This document shows positions 24,707 through 37,914 of a stretch of DNA of 64,000 nt, piece by piece. The notes below the pieces were generated by a model. The model had not been told where the DNA came from and ran no database searches. It was given only the letters and a program-made list of their open reading frames with translations. A program made the position numbers and the translations under genes. The stretch spans positions 192,962,588-193,026,587 of the forward strand of contig NC_068981.1 of the NCBI RefSeq assembly GCF_001194135.2. The letters run 5' to 3'. This DNA is from Octopus bimaculoides (Eukaryota). Numbering within the stretch: position 1 is the first letter of the stretch; every line of letters starts with the position of its first letter.

Positions 24707-27279
24707 ATGAAATCATCTGAGGCTTTCCAAATTATTAATAGTGTTATCAGTAAAGTCAGTTGTGAAATATTTTAGTTTTTTACTAAATAGGTGGGATGCC
24801 TTTGATAACGAACCAGCGAGGGTGCCTCTACATGGAAGTTCTATATGCTAAAGATAACAGCCAAAGTTGCTTTATATCAGATGTTATCTCTGATGAAGAA
24901 ATTGAAAATCTCTCCATCAAGGATGACTTGATGATACACAACAGCAACAACAACAGCATCAATCAATTAACTGGTTATATATTTGCTCATGGAGATGACA
25001 GTTGTGATAGTGGTGGTGTTAGTGGGTGTGGTAGTGTTGGTGGTAATGACGTTGTAGTGGTAAGGGTGTATGTGTTGTGGTAAGTGGCAGTGTTGATGGT
25101 AGCTTCATCATTGTTATTATTTTTCTTATTGTGACTGTTTAGCCACAGGTCAGCCTTGACTGAGCAGACCCATGATCAATGACATTCCACCCATCATCAT
25201 TCCCTCTTTTTCCCCATGTGCAATGAACCCAGGCCCACATTATCCTCAGTGTTCTTTTTCTTTAAGATAGTTGGATGTGATTGAAGGGAGTTTAGTTGTT
25301 AATTCTAGCAGGCCAAGTGACCATGTCAAGGTGTTGGAGTGTTTTACATTACTTACTGTCAGGAGGAAGGGGCAGTGCCCATGACTTTTGTAGCCCCGCC
25401 CCCAGATCAATGTGGTTGATGTCATTAATATTTCTCCTGAACCTTTGATAAGTCAACAAAGGTAGAGTGAGGAAACAGCATACAGCCAGAGGCTGAAACA
25501 TTTCTGTTGATGATGGTGGTGGTGCTGTAGACAATAGTTGTGTTGCTGTTGGATTTGAAGGTGGTATTGATGATGCTGGTAGTGATGTTAGTGTAAGTAG
25601 TGGCGGTGATAGTTGCAATGGTGTTGTTGGTGCAGTTGACAGTGGTGTTGGTGGTGCTGGCATTGTTGCACATTATTGCTGCACATTCCTAAACAGGTGT
25701 TGGTAGCCCATAATGTAAACAGTGAAAATGAGATGTGATAGTGTAAAATCAGTTTAGTAGATTGTTGTATGACTGCTAACATCTCTTATTAACCACCAGT
25801 TGTACACAGGAAATACAGCTATAACATATTCACTTCAGATTTTGGCACAAGGCCAGAAAATTTGGGATGGGGTTAAGTCAATTACAGCGACCAGTGCACT
25901 CAAAGGTACTTAATTTATCGACTCCAAAGGGATGAAAGGTAAAGTTGACCATGGCAGAATTTGAACCAAAAGCACAAAGACATTTTTCCAGGAATGCTAA
26001 CGATTGTGTCAGCTTGCTAACTTACATATTGATAACATATTGTAAACCCAGAATGCCTTGACACAACATGGGTTTGTCCAAAACAAGCAGTGTAGGAATG
26101 GCACACAACTTTTTAATTTATTATTTCAGGCCAAATTTACCTTTCATTCATTCCAAGGGTGATGAAATAAAGTACCAGTCATGTATTGGGGAAATAATCA
26201 ACTATACATTCCATGAAGATCCATATTTAGTTAGTCATGTGCTTTCTCAGTTCATTCTTCAAGGGTCTATAAAAATGAAAAACTAGAAAGCAAAAAATCA
26301 CTGGCGCTGGTTCCACATAAGAAGTACCAGTGCTGGTGCTGCTGCCATGTAAAAAGCACCAGTGCTGATGTTACATAAAAAGCACTGGTGCTGGTTCTGC
26401 ATAAAAAGCACTGGTGCTGGTATCATGTAAAAAAACACCCAGTACACTTTGTAAAGTGGTTGACATTAGGAAGGGCATCTATCTGTAGAGACCATGCCAA
26501 AACATCAGACAATGGAACCTGATGTGGCTCCTGGCCTCGCCAGCTCCAGTCAAACTGTCCAACCCATGCTAACATGAAAAATGGACATTAAATGATGATG
26601 ATGATGTTGCTGCTGCTGCTGAATTGATGATGGTGCTAATGATGACGATGACAAGTAGTGGGCACACCACTGTTATCAAATGTGTGGCCTGGAGGATATA
26701 TCACCAAATTTAAATCAGTGCTCTTTTAAGTGGCACAGGTATGGCAATGTGGTTAGGAAGTTCACTTCTCAGTTGCATGATTGGAGGTTCAATTCCGCAC
26801 TGTGGCACATTGTACAAGTGGCATTTATCATAATCTCAGACCAACCAAATCTTTGTAAATGGAATTTGTTACATGGAACTATGGAAAGTCCTTAGTGTTT
26901 TTTTTTCATTTTTTTTTTTTTTGGCGGAGTGAAGAGATGTGGGGGTAGACTTAAATGATTTCATCTGCACCTCTGTTTAATACCATAATCTGGTGTTTGG
27001 GTGCAGGCATTTGGGCCAGGCCTTTAGTCTAGGAGGAACTTCCTCCCATCAGTTTTGAAGAGATTGAAAAAAATGGGTCATGGCTAATGCTCTGTCCTCC
27101 TTCAGATTAAACCATAAAAACAGTCTTGTTTCCAAATTTATCCCAGAATGATACACTAATGACATTTTAAATATCAGGAAAATAAATCACATCATTAAGA
27201 AAAGAACAAAATGTTTGACATTATAACATGAAATCAGTTTTTATAAATACTAACTCAAGACAGAAAATATAAACAAGCC

Positions 27280-27720
27280 CACTGTTGGAAGAAATTCCAT
27301 TCGCTGTACCCAGTGTAAACTATGGACACATAACAGGTGCAGTGGAATCACAGGTAGATTAACAGATAACAATCGTCTTTGTATGTGGTAGATGTGCAAG
27401 AACAATAAGCACTAAGAGCACACAGGACTTAGATTCTCTCAAATGCCCAGGTTACCTAGGTGACCAAATTAGCAATGGTGGAGGATACTCTGAAAGTATT
27501 GTTTCTAGAATAAGAATAAGGTGGAGGAAGTTCAGAAAGCTATTACCTCTGTTGGCAACAAAAGGACTCTCTCTCTCAGAGTGAAAAGTAGACTGTATGA
27601 TGCTTGTATGCGAATGGCTATACTCCATGGTAGTGAGACATGGGCTCTGCATGCAGAAGACATGCACAAACAGGAGAGAAATGAAGGTAGTATGTTCTGT
27701 TGGATGTGCAATATCAGTCA
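27280..27720 (+). mobile_element. RTE LINE internal fragment (PHD-like finger to post-RT region), degenerate
   Basis: VGRNSIRCTQCKLWTHNRCSGITGRL..VFVCGRCA..YLGDQISNGGGYSESIVSRIRIRWRKFRKLLPLLATKGL..RLYDACMRMAILHGSETWAL. Confidence 0.88.
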
Positions 27721-27906
27721 TATTCCGACCAATGCTTTGTGAGTGAATTTGCTTGATGCAGAAGCCTATCGCATACCAAAGTAAATAGGGGAGTTTGGTA
27801 CAGTCCTTAGGCTCAACAGCTCATGTCAACCTGTCCAACCCATGCCAGCATGGAAGATGGAGGTTAAATGATAATGATGATGATGATGTACATCACACCT
27901 AACACT

Positions 27907-27950
<44 letters not shown>

Positions 27951-28098
27951 TGACCAGTGAGAATGAGTGCTTAATATTGTATTTGATGGATAACTATTCT
28001 TTATTCGTGGATTAACAGTGTTACCAATACTTTCATGCAGAAGGTTCAAATTTCTCAAGTGCCTTTAAGAATGTTGGTAATTGCATCCATGTTGGATG

Positions 28099-28142
<44 letters not shown>

Positions 28143-29012
28143 TGCTGAACTGCTAAGTTATGGGGATGTAAATAAGTCAGTAGTTCAACATCCATTGCCA
28201 AACAGTGAGAGACAAACACAAAAACCAACAACATAATAAATACAATAAATAACCAAACTTGAAGTAAGTACTGGAGTCATTCATTTTTTGCAATTAATCT
28301 TAAATGGTGGTGCTCCAGCATGGCCACATTTAAAGGAGTAACACAAGTAAAAGAATAAAGAAAAGACTAGACAATTTAATTCTTCCATTGTTTTTTGACA
28401 TTATTTCTTTACTAAGCATCTCCCAATAACTATTGCACAGGAAGTGGTTATTGGAAGATATTTATAAAAGAAAGCACAAATGTGGCTTGACATCTGTGAA
28501 AAACCATAATATTAATGAACTAATATCAAGAAACTAATATTAACGAAGTAATATTAATGAAGTGCTGTCAGTGAATTCACCCTTTTTCAGTTGGCTGTTG
28601 TTGGGTAGACTGAATTTCAATGTCAAACAGAAGATTTAGGCTGTAATTCTTGTTTGATAGCCAAATATGGTTAGTTGCCTCCTCCGAATAATCTCATATT
28701 ACTAGGTGCTCTTTACAGGTCACTATGGCAACGTTACCAACTGAGTAACTGAGAGTGGTTAAATATTACAGTTTTCCATATAGAAAAACAAAATCTCTTC
28801 TTCACATCACAGAAGAGGAACAATCATTATCAGACAAATGGATCTACTAAAACTATCGTAAATATATTACAGGCTCTTCTTCTGTTAACCTTTGTGGAAG
28901 AGAAAGCAAAACAAACCCTGGTGTGATTTGTAATCAGAACATAACAGAAAATTAGTAGATACTATTACTTAGGCATTCACTTCATAAATGTTAAACTGAG
29001 GTTATTATTTTA

Positions 29013-29465
29013 AAGTAAGGTGGTGAGCAGGAAGACTCATTAGAGCATTGAACATAATTCTATGCAGTATCTATTCTGGCTCTTTATGTTCTGAGTTCAA
29101 ATCTCACCAAAGTCAATTTATCTTTTATCCTTTCAGGGTCAATAAAATAAAGTACCAGTCAAGTATGAAAGGGTGGTATCCTACTCCCCTTAAAAACTGC
29201 TGACCTTGTGCCAAAATATAAAACCATCATTTTAGAGCAATTGAGGTGATAAAGTAGCAGAACCAGTTCTGTACTGGAAAAAAATGCTTTGTGATATTTA
29301 TTCTGACTGTTACATTCTGAGTTCAAATCCCACTGAGGTCAACTTTGCCTTTCATCCTATCAAGATCAGTAAAATAAAGTACCAGCCAAGTACTGGGATT
29401 GATGGCATGGACTAGTCTCTTCCTTTAAAAACTGATCGTTTTGAGCCTTAATCAGAAACCATTGT
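29013..29465 (+). mobile_element. Two head-to-tail family A SINEs
   Basis: Same head, core and tail motifs as 336-783. Confidence 0.8.
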
Positions 29466-29518
29466 TTCAGAGTAAGTTTAAAAATAATAATGGAACAAAT
29501 AATGAAAGGGCGACTTAA

Positions 29519-29739
29519 CTCTTTTGTTACTGTATTTATTTTGAGATGTTCTGTGTTTCTTTCAATTACTTTAAATATAACAAAGAATTTAGTAAAATAA
29601 CTTAGTTATCATTAAGCTAGTGTTAGGAACATAAATTGTGACTAAGGTTTGATGGAAGATTTTAATTCAAAACTTATGAAAACAGGACATTTGTACTACA
29701 GAGCCAGAGCCAGTTTCAGCTGGGTTGGTAATGAAAGGG
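29519..29739. mobile_element. TTAA-flanked MITE, same family as 15560, opposite orientation
   Basis: TTAA|CTCTTTTGTTAC..GGTAATGAAAGGG|TTAA. Confidence 0.8.
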
Positions 29740-32703
29740 TTAATACTGAGAGTAGAGTCAAATTTGCTGTAAAATTTTAGTTGAGTGGGACTAAGCTTTG
29801 CCTGTAGCTGATTCAACCATATAAATCATATAATAGTGCTAAATGTAAACTCTTTAGCCCTCAGATAAATTTGAGAACCCCCACTGTTCACCTTGGAGTT
29901 TAGAACTGCCATGCTTTGAACGGAGCAGTGGTCCATGATTAGATGCACCAACGGTGCCTCAGTTAGCGATTAGTAGGTGTACTGATTAACTAGATTCTTG
30001 TATTAGAATTCTGTTATCTGAGGAAGTGGAATATCTTACTGTGGCTGCCAACACACACAGAGATAATCTTGATAAACTGTTGTGCACTTCTCCAAGAGTA
30101 TCTTTTTTATCTTACAACACAGCAACATTCTCAATGAACCAATAAGAGAGCCTTGACTTGGTGGTTCAGTTTGTTAGAAATAGCAACCAAATCTCTCTAA
30201 AATCGCACTCTACTGGATAGTCATATTGAATAATCAATCTGAGATAAACTGTGTCTGAACAAATGTAGTGAATGCCTTTGGACATAGCTTAGCTTGGCTG
30301 GGTCTAAACTGGAGCTACATTAATGATAACAACAACAACAACAACTGTAGCAGCAACAAGAGAAAAAGTAATGACATTAACAGAACAACAATATCATCAA
30401 CAACAACAACAGCAGCAGCAGCAATAACAATGGCTGCAACAAAAACAGTAACCGTAACAGCAGCAGCAACAATCATCATATAATGTCAAGACAAGGGTAC
30501 ACACACACATAATAAATACACATGTATAATGACAGGACTCCTTCAGTTTCCATTTACCAAATCAAGTAAGGCTTTGATTGGTTCAGGGCTACAGGAAAAG
30601 ACATTTGCCTAAGGTGCTACACAATAGAACTAAATCTGAGTCGACATAGTTGCGAAGCAAGCTTCTTAACCACACAGCCACAGTATGAGAGGTTAATGTT
30701 TCTCACTTACTGAGATGAAAGAACGAAGATGTATTTATAGCCATCTGAATTGATTAAAGAAACAAAAGAAATGAAAGATGACAGTTTGAAAGTCAGCTGT
30801 GAGGTATAAATTAGTATGAAGTCATTAAAAAAGATGGAAATCCAGAATTGTTTATTAGAATAAATGTTGTACAGCTAAAGCAGTAAACTTAGAGTAAAAG
30901 TATTCTGTAGACTTGGAAGATATAAATTGGTATGAAAGAGAGATCCTGGGTCCATGAAAACTAATGATTGTCTGATGATGATTGTCTGTGTTGACAGTTT
31001 GTAAATAATCAAAATTCATTTTTCAAAGTCTATGAATTCTCTTATTTCAACTTACCCCTCTGTAATACTTTAATCTCTCAATGTCTGACATAAAGCTACT
31101 TCCTTCAATACTGCACCCCAAGGGCATCCAACTATAAAAACCATGCCAAAACAGACAGTGAAGCATGGTATAGTCTTCTGCCTAGCCAACTCCTGTCAAA
31201 CCGTCCGACCATGCCAGCATGGAAAGTAAACATTAAATGATGATGATGATGATGATGGTGATATGTTTAATCATCATCTTCATCAATCATCATTGTCCAT
31301 TTATCCATGTTTGCATGGGTTAGACAGGATTTTTTGAAGCAGATTTTCTATGGCCAGATACCATTCCTGTCACCAACCCCTACCTGTTTCCAAGCAAGGT
31401 AATGTTTTCCATGGCCAGACATATTTTGCATGGATTCCTCAGACACACATGTATACCCTAAATGTGATTCTCAAGTAGTATCAGCATGATACAGTTGGCC
31501 ATTTCATTACAAATACAGTTTATCTGATAGGCCTCCGCACAACTATTGTCAACCCAATTTCACTTGTACGCCTTGGGTTGACCCCAAGTTATGGTAAGGT
31601 CACTTGCCCAAGATGCCACACAGAAAAAAAACCCCTAAAATCTCATGGCAGTGAAGCAAACTTCTTATTTATTCAGTCATGCTTACCCCCCCCCCCCCAT
31701 TCTATCTCTCTTAATATACCATGGCAACAATCATGGTCGCTAACTCTTAATCATGAAGACATGTTTTGATTTTGCATTGATTTTCACAGCTACACTGGAT
31801 AGCTGTAGGATAGTGATTTGTGTAATTAACTGTGGTAAGGTTAACTGACTTGCTTAACAAATGTTTTGAGTAAAATATAGTAGAGAGGCATCTGCTAGGT
31901 TTTGAGCCCTCTCTCTCAGATCCCTAGTTTAGGATCCTGTCCCGGCCAGGTTACCATAAAAGCAAAGATTGACTACAAGAAATTAACTATGCTGCTATTA
32001 AAGACATTAACACTGACATAAATAATGGTTCAGGCAGTCAGATTGGTTTGTGTGTAACCAAATAACAATAGGCTTGAAAGTAAGTTTTGTTGTGAATTTT
32101 TCAGTCAAATGGTTTAACCAAAAGTTCTGGAAGCTTGACAAAATGTTATAAAATCCCAACTAGAACAGTCTGAGATGCTACACAGAACCTTGTCAATCAG
32201 TTTTGTTTAAAGATGTTCTCACTTTTTCAACTTATTCTGTCTTTAATAACCATGACTAATTTTTAAATAAATAACTAAAATATTTTATGCAATAAAAACT
32301 TTTGACTATCATATTCACAATCTCATATGATATTTTATGTAAATGGAAATATTCTAGGTAATAAAAAATATGGAAGCTTATAAAAATATTATAGTAGTTA
32401 CTCTCATCTTCACATGCACCTTACCAAATATTGTTTACTACCAATGACGAATTAATGACAAAGACCCACTAAAATGATGAGCTCCAACTATATATTATTG
32501 CATTGGGTTGCTTATGTTCAGTCCACTGCAGGATGAAGGTCTCAGCATGTCCTCTCCACACAGTCATGGTCCATTGGGGAGATTGTGAATTTGAGCTTGA
32601 GATCATACTGGTTTGATGAGCCTACTCTGCTACATTGGCTCAACATGGCTTGGCAGAAGTAGACAGTTTTTATACTCATATTCTGGAGTAGTTAAGTCAA
32701 TTA

Positions 32704-33626
32704 TTGGGTCATCCCATAAATAATGCAGCTTTATCAATTGCATGAACTAAAAGGTGGAGGGAGACAGGATAAACTACCTGTGTCAACTTGCTATACAAGC
32801 AGGTAGTAATTTTACCTTGTACTTATTCTTAGTGCAAGTTATGAAGAGTGCAGTTTGATTTTAACAGTTACTATTTCAAAGCTATAATGGAAGTGACAAA
32901 GGAGCATATTCGGCATATTCTGCTTTATGAGTTCAATAAGGGCAATAATGCAATGGAAAGTGGAAGGAATATTAATGCAGTGTATGGGGATTGGACAATA
33001 AACGTAAGACAGTGTCAACAGTAGTTCCAGAAATTCCAAGCTGGAAACTACAGCCTAGAAGATGATCCTCACCCAGGAAAATCTGTAGATCTCGATGAGG
33101 ACGTCTTGCAAACCCTGGTGGAATAAAATCCCATTGTAACTGTTGAGAACTAGCAGAGGTGTATGGATTTGATCATTCAACCTGTCGTTTAAGTCAGTGC
33201 TAAAAGAAAAATGACCATCTTTGGTTTCAAGACGAAAGGTGTTCTTCCATCAGGATAATGCCTGGCCATATACAGTGAGGATGTCATTCCAAAGGCTGGG
33301 GCAGTTTGAATGGGAAAAGATGCCCCACCCACCATATTTGCCAGACATTGCCCCATCTGATAATCATTTATTCCACAGTCTTCAAAATCATTTAGTCGGA
33401 AAAAATATGAATTCTGTAGACAAGGTCAGAACAGTAACGGGGGAGTATTTCTCCTCACGGACAAGTGAATTTTGGAAGAGGGGCCTTGCAAGTCTACCAG
33501 ATAGATGGAAGAACATTGTAGAAAATGAAGGAGAGTATATTCTAGATTCAAAAAGAACTTTGTTTTTCTTAATTTTGAAAAATAAAAGAGGTATCAAAAA
33601 ACTGCATTATTTATGGGGTGACCGAA
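32704..33626 (+). mobile_element. Mariner (Tc1/mariner) DNA transposon, internally deleted, both TIRs present, TA duplication
   Basis: TIR TTGGGTCATCCCATAAATAATGCAG at 32704 and its complement ending at 33626; TA on both sides. Transposase MEVTKEHIRHILLYEFNKGN.. from 32887, then a deletion, then HQDNAWP..HPPYLPDIAPSDNHLFHSLQN..FWKRGLASLPDRWKNIVENEGEY. Confidence 0.95.
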
Positions 33627-33790
33627 TACATTGACCCCCAGTACTCAACTGGTACTTATTTTATCAATCCCCAAAAGGATGAAGGACAAAGTTAACCTTG
33701 GCAGAATTTTAACTTAGAACATAAGGATGAATGAAATATCACTAAACATTTCACCTGGTGGCCTAATGATTCAGCCAGTTTGTTGCCTTA
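33627..33790 (-). mobile_element. Family A SINE split by the mariner (its other part lies at ~32685-32703)
   Basis: gttaagtcaatTA|mariner|TAcattgacccccagtactcaactggtac rebuilds the antisense SINE. Other family A copies at about 5045, 18035, 21503, 24270, 25838, 37480, 42058, 43243, 51880, 52660 and 55973. Confidence 0.85.
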
Positions 33791-34653
33791 ATGGGGCCAG
33801 AGTAAAAAGAAATATTAAAATACCTTGTGATATACAATTCTACAATTATTCTAATAACACATCCTATTTATTCACATCTAAAGACTTCATAAACTTTACA
33901 AATAGATTTGTGATGTCCCTACATGATGATCTATAATGAAGAAACCCTTATGTGGTTGATATCTCCAAGCAATAACAGCCAAATCTCCCTCTGATTAAAT
34001 TCTACTGTTTTGAAAAGTGAATATGTATCGGATAATGTAGTCCTAGGTAGACTCTGCCCAAGAATATATGGTGTAGAGGTCATGGCTGGAACATCATAAG
34101 TCAGTATGATAAGACTTGCCTAAACATCAACATAAAAACAATAACAACATTCTAAAATGTAGTCCTAGATACACATTGCCTGATAGAATAAAGCAGTTGT
34201 CATATGTCTGTTTGACAGGACATTGCCTAAACAATAACAACAACAACCTCATCATCATCATCAAAAACATGAGCAACCATAAGAACAGCAACATCCCATA
34301 ACATAGTTCTCGGTATACAATCCCTGAAACAGGCCAGTTGCCAGACTTTGGTGCCTGGGGGTGCTTCAGAATATTCTGGGTGGGCACTAATTTGTAATAA
34401 TTCTAAAGTGGAGTCACTGAAGAGGAGCAAATCTGAGAGTGCACCGTTGAATAATTAGGGGACAATGCCATCCAGTGCACTCTCTTAGCAACAGGCATGG
34501 CTCAAAAGATATGACATGATTGTCATGGCTGGAATGCCTTTCACATGTCTGCTTGATAAGACTTTCCTAAACAATAACATCAAAAACAACCATAACAACA
34601 ACAACATCAAAACAACAACAACCATAACAAATCAAACGATCCTAAGAGCAACA

Positions 34654-34686
34654 CCCTAACCCTAACCCTAACCCTAACCCTAACCC
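34654..34686 (+). repeat. Interstitial telomeric repeat (CCCTAA)5.5
   Basis: Perfect ccctaa array of 33 bp. Confidence 0.9.
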
Positions 34687-36042
34687 AAAATGATATTCTT
34701 AAAAACTAAGATTCCTCTACAGGACCAGAAACTACTCCATCTCTCTGTACTTATTGAGTCTACGAGGTACTAATACACACCACATTAGAGTATACCAGAG
34801 TACATTAGAATACAGCTCAAAGAAATCATGGTGCAACTGCTGGGCACACACACACACACACTCAAGACTACATTAAAAACACCAGCAACAACAAATACTT
34901 GATTGATAAAGGAGCTATCATTCAATGTCACACCAATCTACCATCCCTGGCAAATCAATGTGCTGTGTCCTCACTCTTCCACTGTTACAACAACAGCTCC
35001 TGCTCTTCTACACAATGTCCCATCTTCACCCAAGTACACCTGCTCTTTGTGTCATCTCTAATGCATGTCACGTTCACCAAAACCTGAACTACACACCCTT
35101 CTTCCTCTCCCCTTGCCATGATTACAATCTAGAACACTCTGTGCACATTTTCTCATACAAATATTAATCTGTGGAAATTGAAGCTAAACATTAAACACCA
35201 ACCCCATCAATCTGGGATAAACCACAAGGGCCATAGGGACTGACCCTTTTCTTTGAACTAAATAATTGAAAACAAACAAGCAAGTGACCCAATAACATCA
35301 CCAAAGAATGTCATAATGCCTATTTTTCTAAGATTTTTTAGTAGAAAGATAACAACATTTAGTATTATTTTTACTTCACTTCTATTGTGCCATACATTAA
35401 ATATATTAACACAAACATAACTATTGCTTTTCCTATGCATGATGTCCCTGAGTTACATATTTTCTAAACAGTATATATTTATTTTATGATTTTCCTCAGT
35501 ATTTCAGAAGATACAGTGAACATAATACTTTGCTAATGAGATAATAATATGACCAAAACATGTCTGGAGTTATCTCTCATACATGCTGATATGATTAAAA
35601 TATCAATAATGCTTTTTATCTCACGTTATTATTGAACATCTTTTTTCAATTCTCCCTGCGTTACAAGAAATGTGTTTAATACTCATAACTTGACTAACAT
35701 AGTAATAATGTGGTTCTCTATATACAGTATGTATAGATGTTTACAGCAAAAAGGAATACACATCAGTAGGTGTTTTACTCTCAATGTCTGAATGAAAAGA
35801 AAGAGAAAAGGAGAAAATGCTAGAAGTGAATCAGCTTCCAGAGAAATATAGCAATGATTAAATAACAGAAAATGCAACCAGGAAAATACTGAAAATTGTG
35901 ATGCAGTATCGTCATTATAGCAGAAAACCAGTTTCAGAATAGCAAAGAGAAAGTGGAATGAATTGCTAAATCTAAATAGTAACTAATTTCTCATTCAAAC
36001 CATTAGGAATATGACTGACAGACAGACAGACAGACAGACACA

Positions 36043-36083
<41 letters not shown>

Positions 36084-36468
36084 ATATATACATGTATATG
36101 TCTGTATGTGATGGTATGTGAATGTATAAGCCTATAACAGCTATATACATCATCATATTCTATTTCAGGTGTGGAGCAATCCCAGCTTTTACAGCTCTTT
36201 ACTGCTATATTTTCTCAATACATTTCAGCTGTATGATGATGTACAGTCAGGTACATAGAGAAGATAAAAGAAAGTTCTGCTTCATGCTATAAATACTAGG
36301 AAACAGGCGTTGTTCTCGAATGTTCTGAAACTTCTAAACTAAAATATCTCATACTGATGTAATAGTAAGATTCTCATTCTTCTTCATTTGGATACTGAGC
36401 CAATTAGATGTAATCATACACACAGACAATATACATACGAATATAACGTGTATATGTGTGTGAGTGTT

Positions 36469-36514
<46 letters not shown>

Positions 36515-36960
36515 ACGGGTCATTCGGAGTTTTCTTTTGTCAGTCGAGTTCCAGATTAACTTAGCAGTTTCAGCTGGTTATACTCGAAACTGCTCCAATC
36601 TGGTCAGCCCCAAGGAAAATCTAAGCTAAGAGCACTAGATTCCTTGGAAGAAAGCAGTGAATGTATATGAATACAAAGACAAGTTAATACAAGTAACAGA
36701 GTTTCTTTATGAAAAATATCAGATGTCTTTTTTCAAAGGCATAAAGCCTAATTATGATTGTTATAAAATTAATCTCTAAATCACGGTAACTATTTTTACT
36801 TCATATTGTATATTTTCTGAATCAATTAAATGAATGACACAGGAACTTCAGATGAAAGCAGAGAAAAAGATTCTTGTGAATGTTTTAGTTAGGGATTTCA
36901 AGATGACCAGAAGAAGAGACATCCAGAACAATGTAGGGGCTGCTAAGAAAGCGTCTAGAT

Positions 36961-37172
36961 CAGTGGTTCTCAACCAGGGTCCATATAGGATTTTGTTAGA
37001 AATTATGTGCAATAAACTGGTTATACTTCAACAATACACAAAATATTTTATTTTTCTCTACAATTCCTAATAATATTTAATTCCAAAAATATTATAGGAA
37101 TTTTTAAACACTGAATGGCCAGGAGGGTCCAGCAAGTAAAATAGGTAAAAAAAAAATGGTTGAGAATCGCTG
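36961..37172. mobile_element. hAT (Charlie-like) MITE
   Basis: TIRs CAGTGGTTCTCAACC / GGTTGAGAATCGCTG; 8-bp flanks GTCTAGAT / CTCTGGAT match the NTCTAGAN target preference of Charlie-type hATs. Confidence 0.85.
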
Positions 37173-37712
37173 CTCTGGATGGTTCTGGCAGAAAAGAGGT
37201 GATTTGTGGGGTCAGTAGAATGATGCCACTTGTACACAGGTCTAGGCTTGATTAACCAGGATCAGCTTGTGTGTTTTATATTTATAGATGGATGTTCAAC
37301 TAGGAATTTGGTATACAATGAGTTCTCTTACTTTCTTTATTGACTGTAAATCTGAAAAGTTGTGGTATAAAATACAAGAATGCTGGACTTGGCTAAGTGT
37401 TGAGTCAGGTTAGGGTCTCTATGACTTGGGCTAATTCTGAGTTTAAAAAGCAGTTCAAAGGGCCACATTCACCAGACAATGCTCATTATATATGTTCTGG
37501 TTTGTAATGCCCTGAGTTGAAATTCTGCTATGGTCAACTTCTGGGGTCAATAAAATAAAGTACCAGTCTATCAGCTAACCCCAATCCCTTAGATATTTCT
37601 GACTTTGTGTCTAAATTAGAAACATTATATAATATATAATAAACAGTTGAGAATATGGTTTCAATTCTTGTGTGAAGGATTTCATTTGTATTATTAAAAG
37701 TGTTGGGTTTAA

Positions 37713-37914
37713 CCCTTTAGCATTCGGATTATTCTGTCAAAACGTAATCCTTATTCATTCACATTGTTTTGAATTAATCATGGATTATCTCATAGCTTTG
37801 AAATTTCAACGAAGTGATTATTTTTAGAATGATATTGCAGGGTAGGTGTAAGAGGTTGGTTCTGCTGGTTTGAACTTAAAACATATAGATATAGTCAGTT
37901 TAAATGCTAAAGGG
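37713..37914. mobile_element. TTAA-flanked MITE, second family
   Basis: TTAA|CCCTTTAGCATT..AATGCTAAAGGG|TTAG; perfect 12-bp TIR. Confidence 0.82.

Noticed and set aside
24600-24712. Duplicated (GA)n-ATAATGAA on both sides of the gap
   Set aside because: Most likely unmerged overlapping contig ends (assembly artefact).
24791-24940. Possible exon (WDAFDNEPARVP.. or GMPLITNQRG..)
   Set aside because: Acceptor is plausible but there is no convincing donor and no recognisable homology.
34290-34470. Possible CR1 C-terminal remnant (SEYSGWAL..KVESLKR)
   Set aside because: Similarity too weak to support.
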